Source: an uncultured Trueperaceae bacterium (GTDB taxonomy: Bacteria > Deinococcota > Deinococci > Deinococcales > Trueperaceae). Taken from it: a stretch of DNA of 64,000 nucleotides. The position numbers and the translations under genes were made by a program. Under the pieces are notes generated by a model that saw nothing but the letters and a program-made list of their open reading frames with translations, ran no database searches and was not told where the DNA came from. The DNA is taken from assembly GCA_963799485.1 (NCBI GenBank), contig CAWCXJ010000007.1, positions 288,001 to 352,000 on the forward strand, given 5' to 3'. This document shows positions 9,253 through 19,633 of this stretch, piece by piece. The number at the start of each line of letters is the position of its first letter. The stretch's first letter is position 1.

Positions 9253-10395
9253 GTGCTTGTACTGGCGTCCCTCACACTTGTACTTTGGCTTGTGCTGAGC
9301 CTAGATTGGCTTTTGGGGGTGGGGTTGGTTGACCGGTTAGCTGTTCCCGTTACGGTAAAAGAACAGCCTACGTTATCCGTTATCATTCCGGCGCTAAATG
9401 AAGAGGGAGCGATAGCGACCAGCCTCGAGTCGGTTTTACGGCAGGCCTATCCGGGGCTCGAGGTCATCGCCTTAAACGACCGCTCGACCGACCGTACCGG
9501 CGCGATTTTAGACCGGGTGCAAAGGGCGTATCCGCAGCTTCAGGTAGTTCATATCGAAACGCTGCCGGCGGGTTGGCTGGGAAAAAATCATGCGCTTCAC
9601 TTAGGCGCACAAAAGGCAAAAGGCGAGTGGCTGCTATTCACCGACGCCGACGTAAAGTTTGCGCCGGGAGCGCTCTCAGCCGCCGTAAACTACGCGCTGG
9701 AGCATGAGCTCGAGCACCTCACCGCCATCCCGCACATGACCGCGAAGGGGCCGCTGCTCAAGTCGTTTGTGGCGGCGTTTATGCTGCTCTTTTCGTACAA
9801 AGTCCTGCGTTTTTCGGGCCGAGTAACCGGTGAACACATCGGGTTGGGCGCGTTTAATCTTTTACGGCGCAGGGCGTATGAAGCTGTCGGGGGGCATACC
9901 GACATTGCCCTGCGCCCGGACGACGACCTGATGCTCGGCAAGCTCGTCAAACGGGCCGGGTTTCGGCAGAGCGCCGTGTTTGCTGCTGAGCTGATGCAAG
10001 TCGAGTGGTACACGGGCGTTAAAGAAGCCGTGCGGGGACTCAACAAAAATGCTTTTGCGGGCCTCGGCTACTCACTCCCGCTCGTACTGCTCGTTACAGG
10101 AACCCTCATCGTTACGCATATCTTTCCGTTCATTGCCGTTTTTCTGACGGCGGGTTGGGCGCAACTTGTTTACGCGCTCGTGCTGCTCGATGTTTTGCTC
10201 ATTTACGCTGTAGGCTACCGCTTTACCAAACTCAGCCCGGTTTACGCGGCGCTGCATCCGCTCGGGACGGCGGTTCTGGTTTACGCGACGCTCGAGTCTG
10301 CCTTCAAAGCGCTCGCGCAGGGCGGGATAAGGTGGCGCGGGACGTTTTATCCGCTTCAGGAGCTGAGGAAGAACAAAGTTAGAAACCGGGCGTAA
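9253..10395 (+). CDS. Membrane glycosyltransferase family 2 (CruC/CrtQ/HpnI-like)
   Basis: SVIIPALNE, NDRSTD, GWLGKNHAL, FTDAD, DDDLMLG, C-terminal WRG. Confidence 0.85.
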   Translation: MLVLASLTLVLWLVLSLDWLLGVGLVDRLAVPVTVKEQPTLSVIIPALNEEGAIATSLESVLRQAYPGLEVIALNDRSTDRTGAILDRVQRAYPQLQVVHIETLPAGWLGKNHALHLGAQKAKGEWLLFTDADVKFAPGALSAAVNYALEHELEHLTAIPHMTAKGPLLKSFVAAFMLLFSYKVLRFSGRVTGEHIGLGAFNLLRRRAYEAVGGHTDIALRPDDDLMLGKLVKRAGFRQSAVFAAELMQVEWYTGVKEAVRGLNKNAFAGLGYSLPLVLLVTGTLIVTHIFPFIAVFLTAGWAQLVYALVLLDVLLIYAVGYRFTKLSPVYAALHPLGTAVLVYATLESAFKALAQGGIRWRGTFYPLQELRKNKVRNRA

Positions 10396-10403
10396 ACGGC
10401 TAC

Positions 10404-11480
10404 TCACTTCTGTGCAGCAAGGTACTCGAGTCCTAATTGCGTTAAAGGCCCTCCAAGGTCGCCTACGTTCGCTAAAAGCCCTCCAAGGTCGCCTACGTTC
10501 GCTAAAAGCACCAAGCCTTCCCCCGTCCGGGCGTTGAACCCTAAAAAAGCCGAGTAACCTGCTGTTCCACCGTTATGCCAGACAATATTCCCGGCAGTTT
10601 TTCGTGAACGTATCCAGCCAAGCCCCTGAGCAGTAGTTTTACCTGCTTTTACTCCGGTCGCTTTTTGTGCCGCGCAGTTGGCCCTAGAGAGTGTTCCAGA
10701 CGTTTTACACGCAGTTATAGAAGCTTTCAAAAAGGTGAGTGCGTCGGTCAGTGAACCTCGAGCCGCCCCTGCTCCGGCGAGTGCGTCGAAGTCCTAGTAG
10801 CCTGCCTTGTCGCCTTCGGGCGTAAGCGGCGGTGCAACGTCTTGCAAATACCAGCCGGTCATCGTTGCGCTCCGCATCTCTAACGGCTTAAAGATACGGT
10901 TTTCAACGAGCGTTTTGTAAGGCGTTTTGGTAGCTTTTGACAAAAGCGTTCCGAGAAGGCCGAAACCGAAGTTGGAATACTCGCGGCCTTCAGGCTCGAG
11001 CCTTACCTGCTCAACTGCGTCAAAGAGCATCTTTTCGTCATACTGTGCGTAAGGGTTGTCTCCATACCGGAGCATATAAAAAAAGTTCATGTTGGGTGGC
11101 AAACGTGGCAGACCCGCAGAATGCGTCGCCAACTCTTGTAGCGTCACATCACTCCATTTTTCACCTTGCACACTTTCAGGTAGATAGGCGTTTACATTGT
11201 CTTCTAAACCGACGGCCTGTTCTTGAGCAAGTTCGGCGAGTACGATTGCCGTAAAAACTTTTGTAATCGAACCGTATTCAAACAGCGTCGCGCCGGTAAA
11301 CTCAGGATTGCCGATAAACCGCGTTGTTTGGCCTTCAGCACTGATTTGACCTACTGCGCTACCGGCGCGGTCATTCGGTAGAGCAGCTTTTAATTCGGCT
11401 TGTAGTTTAGCTAAACCGGTTGCGTTTGCGAAACCGCTATAAAGCGCGAGCAGCACGAGCATCTTTAGATAGTCGGGCAT
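10404..11480 (-). pseudogene. Serine hydrolase (beta-lactamase/AmpC family) interrupted by an in-frame TAG at 10794-10796
   Basis: Signal peptide, SxxK (GSITK), YSN; the same frame continues *DFDALAGAG...WHNGGTAG to TGA at 10404. Confidence 0.85.
10448..10509. repeat. Perfect 30-bp tandem duplication (LLANVGDLGG x2)
   Basis: GCCCTCCAAGGTCGCCTACGTTCGCTAAAA occurs twice in tandem. Confidence 0.95.
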
Positions 11481-11564
11481 AGTTACAATCTAGGGGCTGG
11501 ATAAGCCAGCGTCAACAGTTGCAGCTTTCACCACTAAACCTGGCGCAGCCTTAGACTTAATGTT

Positions 11565-12383
11565 ATGCAACTAGGTTACTCCCCCTGCCCCAACGACTGC
11601 TTTATCTTTTACGGCCTCGCACACGGCAAGGTCGCGCCGGAACTAGATGTAAGCGTGAGGCTCGAGGACGTCGAAACGCTCAATCAGCTCGCACGCAGCG
11701 GCACGCTGCCGGTTAGTAAAATCAGCTATCACGCGTTTTTTCACCTGTCTGAGACGTATGTGATGCTCCGCTCGGGTGGCGCGCTCGGCTTCGGCGTCGG
11801 GCCTTTAATCGTCTCAAGGAGCTCGCTAGACACGCTTTCGGGTCGCCGCGTCGCCATCCCCGGCGGCCTGACGACGGCGAACTTGCTGCTCAAACTCTCC
11901 CAAGCGGATGATGTCGAACTGCTTACGCTTCGTTACGACCGGATTATGCCCGCCGTCGCTGCTGGCGAGGTTGACGCCGGGTTGATTATTCACGAGTCGC
12001 GGTTTACTTACCCTGATTATGGACTCGTCAAACACCTCGATTTGGGTGCGTGGTGGGAAGGTGAGACGGGTTTGCCGCTGCCCTTGGGCGGCATTATGGC
12101 GAAACGTTCACTCGGTGACGCGAAGTTACGAGACCTCGCGGCCGCCGTCCGCGAAAGCCTCCGCTACGGTTACGCGCACCGCGCCGAGGCGCAGCCTTAC
12201 ATCGCCCAAAACGCGCAGGAGATGAACGTTCAGGTGATGCAGCAGCACATCGACCTGTACGTCAATGAGCTTTCGCTGGACGTAGGCAGTACGGGCGAGC
12301 GGGCGGTCGCTGAGCTTTACAGGCGCGCTTATGCACGGGGACTCGTCCCGGAGGCTCGCAAACCGTTATTCTTGGCCCAATGA
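11565..12383 (+). CDS. mqnD: 1,4-dihydroxy-6-naphthoate synthase (futalosine pathway)
   Basis: GYSPCPND.FIF, DVETLN, GGALG.G.GP, IIHESRFTY, HIDLYVNE. Confidence 0.95.
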   Translation: MQLGYSPCPNDCFIFYGLAHGKVAPELDVSVRLEDVETLNQLARSGTLPVSKISYHAFFHLSETYVMLRSGGALGFGVGPLIVSRSSLDTLSGRRVAIPGGLTTANLLLKLSQADDVELLTLRYDRIMPAVAAGEVDAGLIIHESRFTYPDYGLVKHLDLGAWWEGETGLPLPLGGIMAKRSLGDAKLRDLAAAVRESLRYGYAHRAEAQPYIAQNAQEMNVQVMQQHIDLYVNELSLDVGSTGERAVAELYRRAYARGLVPEARKPLFLAQ

Positions 12384-12408
12384 CTGGATTTGCTAGCAAG
12401 GCTTTGAG

Positions 12409-12963
12409 ATGACCGGGTTTTTACGGCAGCTCTGGGCGGCGGCTTCCGCGCCGGAGCGTTTTTTCAGGTGGCTCGAGCCTCAACCGACCCGCACCGTGCG
12501 CGGCGGCGCAGTCGCCTACGGTAGCCTCATCGTATTCGGTCTGGCGTGTGCGCTCGGGCTTGCTCGCCTGACACGTTCGGACGCGCCGCTGCTTTTTGTC
12601 ATCTTGGCTTTGGGGGGCTCGAGCAGCTTTTTCTTGTACGCCTGGGGCTTTGGCAGCATCTTTGTGCAACGTGCCGGCGCGCTCGATTTGCGTACCTGGG
12701 AAGTCACCGGCTGGTGCTGGACACCTGCGCTCTTCGGCGCACTGTCGCTGCTGCTTCCGCTCTACTTCTTTCCGCTGCCGGCGCTCGCCCTAGCGCTCTT
12801 CGGGGTACTCGTGTGGCATTTTGTGACGCTGCACGCGGCGCTCCGGGTCTTTTTGGGGAGAAAAGCGACGCGCGTCGTGACGATCTACGGACTCTACGTT
12901 TACGCGCTGCCGCTTGTTCTTTTCGGACTCGTCGTCTGGTTTAGCGCGCAGTTTCTGGCTTAA
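12409..12963 (+). CDS. Multi-pass membrane protein (Yip1-like, uncertain)
   Basis: About 5 hydrophobic helices; N-terminal P..FF motif. Confidence 0.6.
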   Translation: MTGFLRQLWAAASAPERFFRWLEPQPTRTVRGGAVAYGSLIVFGLACALGLARLTRSDAPLLFVILALGGSSSFFLYAWGFGSIFVQRAGALDLRTWEVTGWCWTPALFGALSLLLPLYFFPLPALALALFGVLVWHFVTLHAALRVFLGRKATRVVTIYGLYVYALPLVLFGLVVWFSAQFLA

Positions 12964-13697
12964 GGCTGGCTCGGCGAGTCCGCGAGAACGCCCGCAAGTC
13001 TTCGGCCCTGCAAGGCAGCCTTTTCATAAGGTAAATACCCCGCAGCGCAAACCCCGGCGGCGTACAGCCCTTTTAACCGCCCTAAGGCAAACGTTTCGGC
13101 GTCCCACTCAGCAGCGTTAAAACGCCTGCAAGCTACGGTGTAAGGTGGCGCACCGCGAGCCCCCGGAGCAGAGAGTATCACGTCATCAAAGGTAAAATCC
13201 AGGCTTACGAGGTCGTCGTAAAGGTCGTCGTAGGCCATTTCCGAAAGCCGTCCGGCGGTCTCGGTTAGTGTCCCGACCATAAGCCGCGCCCGTAAAAAGC
13301 TGCCGACGCAAAGCGCGACACGTGGGGCCGTGCGGTCTACACCTTCCCAGGTCGAGACGCCGACGACCTGCCCGTCTTGGACGCGTAAACCCGTAACGCT
13401 CGACTGCAAGAGGTGCAAGTTGGGCTCGCGCTCGAGCCTCCCCTTCGCTTTACGGTGCAGCTCGAACGTTTCTACGGTTCGAGTCTCCGTACTACCACAA
13501 AGTTCTGCAAGGAGCGTCCCCTCGGGTGGCGTCAGCTCCGCTGCGGCCCCAACGAGGTTGTAAACCGTATCGAGACTGGTCGTGACGAGCAAAACGCTGA
13601 AACCGGCCCGCGCCACCTTCAGCGCCGCCTCGCTGCCGGTCAGTCCGGCCCCGACGACGACAAGGTCGTACTCAGGGTTACCGGGGCTTGCGGACAA
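12960..13697 (-). CDS. Short GidA/MnmG-related FAD-dependent protein
   Basis: VVGAG.TGSEAA Rossmann motif; RL.GLYAAG and Y..AA.QG C-terminal GidA motifs; only 245 aa. Confidence 0.8.
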   Translation of the reverse strand: MSASPGNPEYDLVVVGAGLTGSEAALKVARAGFSVLLVTTSLDTVYNLVGAAAELTPPEGTLLAELCGSTETRTVETFELHRKAKGRLEREPNLHLLQSSVTGLRVQDGQVVGVSTWEGVDRTAPRVALCVGSFLRARLMVGTLTETAGRLSEMAYDDLYDDLVSLDFTFDDVILSAPGARGAPPYTVACRRFNAAEWDAETFALGRLKGLYAAGVCAAGYLPYEKAALQGRRLAGVLADSPSQP

Positions 13698-13699
13698 TG

Positions 13700-14281
13700 C
13701 TACTCGTCAAACCCGTCTAAGAGCGGAAACGGTTGCCGCCGTCCGGGAGCGCGTAAAAGCAGATGTTTGCCGCCGTCGGTACGCTGGTAGAGCAAAATGC
13801 CTTTGGGTTGTCCCAGCAGCTCTGTTGGCCCCGGCGCGTCGACCATCACCCGCAGGTGCAGCGGCAAGCTGGTTTTAGGGCGGCCCAGCTCGTAACGTTC
13901 ACTCTCGCCGATGCGGTAGCCGAAAAACACATCCGACGGGACATTGCTGTAGACCGCCGTCAACGACTGCGCCTCACCTGCCCGGTAGAGCGCCAGCGCC
14001 TCCCAGGTAATCGCCTGCGCCTCCTCTTCGGAAAGCCACGTCACCTCGGCTACGCCCAGATCGCCGTAAAACGCGCCGGGAAAGTTTTTCGACTGGGTGT
14101 AAAAACCCGCACTGCCGACGACGAGTTTCATCACCGCGTTGCCGTAAGAGGTGCCCTGAATCGTGCCCTTGACGTAGGCGATAGCGAGACCGTAGCGCTG
14201 TTCGTGCAGCGTGGCGAACTCGTCCCAGTCGGGGTTGATGAGTTCGATATCGGTGTTGACTTCAAAACCGGGCATCATCAA
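13700..14281 (-). CDS. Hypothetical protein
   Basis: 193-aa ORF with AGGAG RBS, tightly packed in the menG operon. Confidence 0.75.
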   Translation of the reverse strand: MMMPGFEVNTDIELINPDWDEFATLHEQRYGLAIAYVKGTIQGTSYGNAVMKLVVGSAGFYTQSKNFPGAFYGDLGVAEVTWLSEEEAQAITWEALALYRAGEAQSLTAVYSNVPSDVFFGYRIGESERYELGRPKTSLPLHLRVMVDAPGPTELLGQPKGILLYQRTDGGKHLLLRAPGRRQPFPLLDGFDE

Positions 14282-14303
14282 GGTAGTTCTCCTGAAAGGT
14301 ATT

Positions 14304-15065
14304 CTAGACGGGCTTTTCCCCGGTGTGCAAGGCGGACACGCCGAACGTCTGGAGCTTGTAGCGGACGCCGCTAAAACCGGCGTCCGTCATATGTTCTGCG
14401 AGCACCGCCGGGGGCGGAAATTTGAGGACGGAATCGGGCAGGTAGGTATACGCGCTTTTACGCCCCGAAACGAGGCCGCCGAGTCTGGGTAAAACCTGCA
14501 AAAAATAAAACTTGAAGACGCTACCGAACAGACCTTTGGGCGGTGGCGGAAACTCCAAGACTACAAGCCTGCCGCCCGGCCCCAGCACCCGGTAAAACTC
14601 CGCTAGACCCTTGTCGAGGTCGGCAAAATTGCGGAGGCCGTAAGCGGTGGTCAGCGCGCCAAACGACCCGTCGGGGTAGGGTAGCGCGAGCCCGTCGCCC
14701 TGCTCGAGGCTTACTGCAAGCCCCTGGTCACGGGCTTTACGGCGACCAATCTCGAGCATCGCCTCGACAAAATCGACGCCGATAATTTCTGCTTCAGGCC
14801 GGTATTTTTTAAGTGCCAGAGCCAAATCTGCTGTGCCGGTCGCCACATCTAAAACGCGCGTCGCGCCCCCGGCAAAAGCAGCCTTTACCGCATCTTTGCG
14901 CCAGCTTTTATCGAGCCCGAAACTGAGCACCGTGTTGAGCAAATCATAACGCCGCGCAATCGAGGAAAACATCGCCTGAACTTGCGCGGCCTTGCCTTCT
15001 TGAACCGTTTCGCCCCCCAAACGGGCGTCACCTTCCGGTGGTGTTGATGGCGAAGACGGTTTCAT
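14304..15065 (-). CDS. menG: Demethylmenaquinone methyltransferase MenG/UbiE
   Basis: MFSSIARRYDLLN.VLSFG, LDVATGTAD, YGLRNF, AYTYLPDSV. Confidence 0.93.
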   Translation of the reverse strand: MKPSSPSTPPEGDARLGGETVQEGKAAQVQAMFSSIARRYDLLNTVLSFGLDKSWRKDAVKAAFAGGATRVLDVATGTADLALALKKYRPEAEIIGVDFVEAMLEIGRRKARDQGLAVSLEQGDGLALPYPDGSFGALTTAYGLRNFADLDKGLAEFYRVLGPGGRLVVLEFPPPPKGLFGSVFKFYFLQVLPRLGGLVSGRKSAYTYLPDSVLKFPPPAVLAEHMTDAGFSGVRYKLQTFGVSALHTGEKPV

Positions 15066-15262
15066 CTAGCTAAATCTAGCACGGGCGTTTTGGTTTGAAA
15101 TGTGCCGGTACGGGTTTTGAACGAAAGATTAAAAAGATGAAGCGGAGGTGTTCGGGTTTGAACGAAGGGTTGCGACCTCTTGTTCGCTGCCGGCGCTTGT
15201 AAGCAGCTTCCTCGAGCCGACTTGCAAATCTGCAGACCGGCTCAGCCAGGTTGTGGACGGAC

Positions 15263-15562
15263 TTAACCGAGCAGCTGATGACGTGACAAAAAGCTGTCGA
15301 GCTTGGCGCGGCTGAAATTGGATAAACTCGCCGCGTCGCCGTTATATACGAGCGTCGGGACGCTGCGGCGGCCCCCGTTGACCTGCATGACAAATTCAGC
15401 CGCGCCCGGGTCTTGTTCGATGTTGACCTCGAGGTAAGGCACAGAAAGCTTCGTCAAGGCCTTTTTCGTCACCACGCAGTCGCCGCACCAGCTGGTGGTA
15501 TACATCACGAGCGTGTCGTTTGCGGTTGTTACGGCGTTTGTCGGCTCAGATAAGACAGCCAT
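15263..15562 (-). CDS. Glutaredoxin-like (mycoredoxin/NrdH family) protein
   Basis: MYTTSWCGDC, VNGGRRSVPT; GGAG RBS. Confidence 0.88.
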   Translation of the reverse strand: MAVLSEPTNAVTTANDTLVMYTTSWCGDCVVTKKALTKLSVPYLEVNIEQDPGAAEFVMQVNGGRRSVPTLVYNGDAASLSNFSRAKLDSFLSRHQLLG

Positions 15563-15813
15563 CTTTGTCTCCTAAAAAATGAGAATCCGGTGCGGTCGTA
15601 CACACGTTTGCAAGGTATCAGCCGCCTGGAAACCTCTATGTATGCTGCTTGACGTATGCTGCTCGGCACGCCTCCCGAGCACTTTGTGCCAAGTTCCGAA
15701 GATGAGAGACGCTGCTGAAAAGGTACGAACGGGTAAAGTTACGGAAGACGCTGTGTGGTAGATGTGTGGACGTGAAGGTGCAGCTTTTACCCAATTTTAT
15801 CAGGAGGTCGGTT

Positions 15814-16710
15814 ATGGTGATATTCAAGCGGTGTATCGGCGTATTTGTTCTTGGGCTCGTTGTGGCAGGCGTTTACGGCGTGGCGCAAGCGCAAGACGAC
15901 GCGACCGTCGTCGGGGTGGCTGCCGCAACGCCGGACTTCAGCACCTTGGTCAGTGCGCTGGCTACTGCCGGACTGACCGAAGCGCTTCAGGGCGACGGCC
16001 CTTTTACGGTGTTTGCGCCGACCAACGAGGCGTTTGCCAAACTTTCAGAAGACGACCTAAACGCCCTGTTAGCCGACCGTGCAGCGCTGACTCGAGTCCT
16101 GATGTATCACGTGGTACCGGGCAGTTTTACGACCTCGGACATCACCGAAGACATGACGAGCTTTACGACGTTAGAGGGCAGCGAGCTGCCGATTACGCAG
16201 CAGGGTGTGGGCGACGCGGCGGTTACGGCGGTCAACATCCCGGCCTCGAACGGGGTCGTTTTTGCCATCGACACGGTGCTGATGCCGCCCGCCCAGACGG
16301 CACCGGCTGCGAGTGGCTCGGTAGGGAGCGGCAGCGCGGCGAGTGGGGGAACCGGATTGTACTCGAGTTCCGCCGAAGCGAGCGAGCGCTACTTGCTGGG
16401 CGAGGTAAACGGGAGCGGCGTAGCGGGTTCGGTGCTGGTTGCCGAGTACGGCGCAGGCCGAACGGTTATCAGCCTTTCGCTTTCGGGGACACCGGCCGGG
16501 GGTCTCTATCCGGCGACGCTTTACGTGGGCAGTTGCACCGACCTCTCCAGCGAGGTCGCCAGACTCGAGCCCGTCTCCGGTGACACCGGCTTTAGCACGA
16601 CCGTCCTCGACGTGCCCTTTGCTGAAATTGTCGGCGGCGACCATGCGCTTAACGTCACCGCTTCTGAGGGCGACGATACCGCCGTAGCGTGCGGCGAGGT
16701 CGGTCGGTAA
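15814..16710 (+). CDS. Secreted fasciclin (FAS1) protein with C-terminal CHRD/Cu-SOD-like domain
   Basis: Signal peptide; FSTLV.AL, GPFTVFAPTNEAF, YHVV, NGVVFAIDTVL; C-terminal GSC...VACGEVG; AGGAGG RBS before ATG 15814. Confidence 0.85.
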   Translation: MVIFKRCIGVFVLGLVVAGVYGVAQAQDDATVVGVAAATPDFSTLVSALATAGLTEALQGDGPFTVFAPTNEAFAKLSEDDLNALLADRAALTRVLMYHVVPGSFTTSDITEDMTSFTTLEGSELPITQQGVGDAAVTAVNIPASNGVVFAIDTVLMPPAQTAPAASGSVGSGSAASGGTGLYSSSAEASERYLLGEVNGSGVAGSVLVAEYGAGRTVISLSLSGTPAGGLYPATLYVGSCTDLSSEVARLEPVSGDTGFSTTVLDVPFAEIVGGDHALNVTASEGDDTAVACGEVGR

Positions 16711-17079
16711 CCCGACAAGCCCGCGTACGGTAAAGCACAAAAGAAGGCCCTTCACGAAATAAGGTGGTGGGCCTTGTTAGTGGTGAGCCTTGTCAAATGA
16801 ACAGAGGCTTTACGCCACGTCAGCTTGTTTTCAGATACCACCTGTAATGCACCAGCCTGTGACGCCGTTTCAGGCTAACTTCTAAAAAAGTCGCAGGCGT
16901 CCACTTTGTACGTGTTAGAGCGCGCAACGTGCTGTTCGGCAAATCCGTGTATACTGGGCTCTTGTGTAGCCGCCCCGAGCCTTGCTTACGCGGCCCTGTT
17001 TAGTAGATAGCTGTGAATCCGACGACCTGCCAACCGAAAAAACACCCGGCAACGCTGCCTTAATCTCAAAGGACACCCT

Positions 17080-18882
17080 ATGACCTACCGCAATATCGCT
17101 ATCGTCGCGCACGTCGACCACGGCAAAACTACCCTCGTAGACGGCCTTTTACGGCAGTCGCACATCTTCCGCGACAACCAGGAGGTGCGTGACCGGGTGA
17201 TGGACTCGAACGACTTGGAGCGTGAACGCGGCATCACCATCTTGGCCAAAAACACCGCCGTCGAGTGGCACGGCACGAAGATCAACATCGTCGATACGCC
17301 CGGTCACGCCGACTTCGGCGGTGAGGTCGAACGCGCCCTCGGCATGGTCGACGGTGTGCTGCTGCTCGTCGACGCTGCTGAAGGTCCGATGCCGCAAACC
17401 CGTTTTGTGCTGAAAAAAGCCTTGGCGTTAGGCCTCAAACCGATTGTGGTCATCAACAAAATCGACCGTAAAGACGCCCGTCCCGACGAAGTGGTCAACC
17501 TGACGTTTGACCTGATGGTCGAACTCGGCGCGAACGACGAACAGCTCGACTTTCCGATCGTCTATGCAATCGCGCGTGAGGGGAAAGCGTGGCTCGAGCT
17601 CGAGACCCCCGGTGACGACCTCACGCCCCTCTTTGAAACCATCTTGAAGTACATTCCCGAAGCGGTCGCCGATACCGAAGCCCCGTTTCAGCTGCAGGTT
17701 TCTAACCTCGACTATTCGGATTACCTGGGCCGCATTGCAGTTGGGCGGGTGCTGCGCGGCACGCTTCACAAGGGCGACAGCATTTTGCGCCTGACCCGTA
17801 CCGGCGAGGTGCGGGCGCGCGTCACCAAGCTCTATACCCACCTGGGGCTGGCCCGCGTCGAAACCGAAGAGGTTTCAGCCGGGGACATCATCGCGTTGAC
17901 CGGCGTCGACGAGGTACAAATCGGCGATACGCTGACCGACCCGAACGCCCCCGACGCGCTGCCGGTGATGAGCGTCGATGAACCGACGGTTTCGGTGACG
18001 TTTAGCCCGAACACCAGCCCCTTTGCCGGACGCGAAGGCAAATACGTCACCTCCCGGCACGTCAAAGACCGCCTAGACCGCGAACTCTTGACGAACGTGG
18101 CTTTGCGCGTCGAAGAACTCGGCAGCGAAAGTCACCGCGTCTCGGGCCGCGGCGAGCTTCACCTGTCGGTCTTGATCGAGCAGATGCGCCGCGAAGGGTA
18201 CGAGTTTTCGGTGTCGCGCCCTGAAGTCATCTTAAAAGAGGTCGAGGGCAAGGTCTACGAACCGTTCGAGCACGTCATTGCCGACGTTCCCGAAGCCGCG
18301 ATGGGCGGCGTGATGGAGTCGCTTGCAGGTCGCCGCGGAACTTTAATCAACATGACGCAGGATTTGGGGCGGGCGCGGCTCGAGTTCTCCATTCCCAGCC
18401 GCGCGCTGTTCGGCTACCGCACCAACTTTTTGTCGATGACGCAGGGCGAAGGGCTCTTAAACCACACCTTCGACGGTTACGAACCGCTCGTCGGCGGCCT
18501 CAAAACGCGGCAGGGCGGCTCTTTGGTGGCCATGGAACCCGGCGAAGTGTTCGCCTACAGCATCTTTAAGCTCCAAGACCGCGGCGTGTTCTTTATCGAC
18601 CCCGGTACCGAAGTTTATGTCGGGATGATCGTCGGCGCGAACTCGCGCACGGGCGACATGAACGTCAACGTCACCAAAAACAAAAAGATGACGAACGTGC
18701 GGGCGTCGTCCTCGGACGACAACATCACCCTGACGCCGCCCAAAAAGCTGACTTTGGAGGAGGCTTTGGAGTACATCACCGACGACGAACTCCTGGAGAT
18801 TACGCCCAAAAACGTCCGCTTACGCAAACGCACGCTCGACCCGAACATGCGGAAAAAAGAAGAGAAGGTCGCGGCGGGCTGA
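17080..18882 (+). CDS. typA: Translational GTPase TypA/BipA
   Basis: [44 protein letters not shown]. Confidence 0.98.
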   Translation: MTYRNIAIVAHVDHGKTTLVDGLLRQSHIFRDNQEVRDRVMDSNDLERERGITILAKNTAVEWHGTKINIVDTPGHADFGGEVERALGMVDGVLLLVDAAEGPMPQTRFVLKKALALGLKPIVVINKIDRKDARPDEVVNLTFDLMVELGANDEQLDFPIVYAIAREGKAWLELETPGDDLTPLFETILKYIPEAVADTEAPFQLQVSNLDYSDYLGRIAVGRVLRGTLHKGDSILRLTRTGEVRARVTKLYTHLGLARVETEEVSAGDIIALTGVDEVQIGDTLTDPNAPDALPVMSVDEPTVSVTFSPNTSPFAGREGKYVTSRHVKDRLDRELLTNVALRVEELGSESHRVSGRGELHLSVLIEQMRREGYEFSVSRPEVILKEVEGKVYEPFEHVIADVPEAAMGGVMESLAGRRGTLINMTQDLGRARLEFSIPSRALFGYRTNFLSMTQGEGLLNHTFDGYEPLVGGLKTRQGGSLVAMEPGEVFAYSIFKLQDRGVFFIDPGTEVYVGMIVGANSRTGDMNVNVTKNKKMTNVRASSSDDNITLTPPKKLTLEEALEYITDDELLEITPKNVRLRKRTLDPNMRKKEEKVAAG

Positions 18883-18902
18883 GCCGGCCCTTTCAAGTTT
18901 AG

Positions 18903-18925
18903 GCGGACGGTGCAGAGCCGTCCGC
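18903..18925. terminator. Hairpin between convergent typA and scpA
   Basis: GCGGACGG/CCGTCCGC stem. Confidence 0.7.
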
Positions 18926-18940
18926 TTTGCTTTAGCTCGG

Positions 18941-19633
18941 CTAAGCCTCGAGCGTAGACAGCACGATCTCGTCAAAAGGTGCGGTTTGCTCGGCTTTCGC
19001 TTCTCCTTCCTTAACCATTTCCAGCATCGCCGTAAACGCCACGGTCAAGGTAGGCCAGTCTCGCGCTTCCATCAACGTTTGAAGCGTCCCCCGGCCCCGG
19101 CGCAATCCGGCACGTAGTTTTTTAAGCGCCGAAGCGAGGGTCAGGCGTTCGACGGCGAGTTCGAAATAGTGCGTGGCGCGGTGGCGGGTTGCGAGTTCGC
19201 TCAGGCGGCCCAGTTTGGGCCCGAGTGGGCGGGTGCGGCGCGGGTAGCTCGGGCGGGGGGCTTGCGCGCTCAGGAGGTGTCGCCGCGTTTCCCGGCGCTC
19301 GCGCAAAAAGCCGATAGCGCCTTCAAACGCCTCGAGTGCCAACACGGTTTCCAACACCGCTTCGCGTTCGGCTTCGGGTGTTTTGGGCGGTTGCGGCAGC
19401 AACAGCCGCACTTTGAGTTCGATAATCCGGGCAAGGAGCGGCAACGTCTCGGTGGCGCGCCCCAAGTCGTGTTCGGCAAGCCCCTGATAAAAGTCCAGAT
19501 AACGCCCTACCAGCCCCGACACGCCCACGTCGCCCGGAGCGACCTGCTCGGTTCGGAGGGCGTGGGCGAGTTCGCCTAAGGTGCCGGAAAAGGCGGGAGT
19601 CTCGACGCGAAAGGGGGCAGGTTCAAAGGTCAA
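18941..19633 (-). CDS. scpA: Segregation/condensation protein A
   Basis: F.G.L.EL, IELKVRLLLP, F.AMLEMVK.G...EQ..PF.EI; TTG start overlapping the upstream stop. Confidence 0.85.
   Translation of the reverse strand: MTFEPAPFRVETPAFSGTLGELAHALRTEQVAPGDVGVSGLVGRYLDFYQGLAEHDLGRATETLPLLARIIELKVRLLLPQPPKTPEAEREAVLETVLALEAFEGAIGFLRERRETRRHLLSAQAPRPSYPRRTRPLGPKLGRLSELATRHRATHYFELAVERLTLASALKKLRAGLRRGRGTLQTLMEARDWPTLTVAFTAMLEMVKEGEAKAEQTAPFDEIVLSTLEA

Noticed and set aside
10794..10796. Pyrrolysine or genetic-code reassignment of TAG
   Set aside because: TAG terminates many intact genes here (e.g. treY, gyrB, rpsL) and there are no pyl genes in the window
15140..15215. tRNA(Sec)-like look on the - strand (GGAAG...GTTCAAAC...CCTCCGC)
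   Set aside because: Acceptor and T stems do not pair properly and there is no anticodon arm
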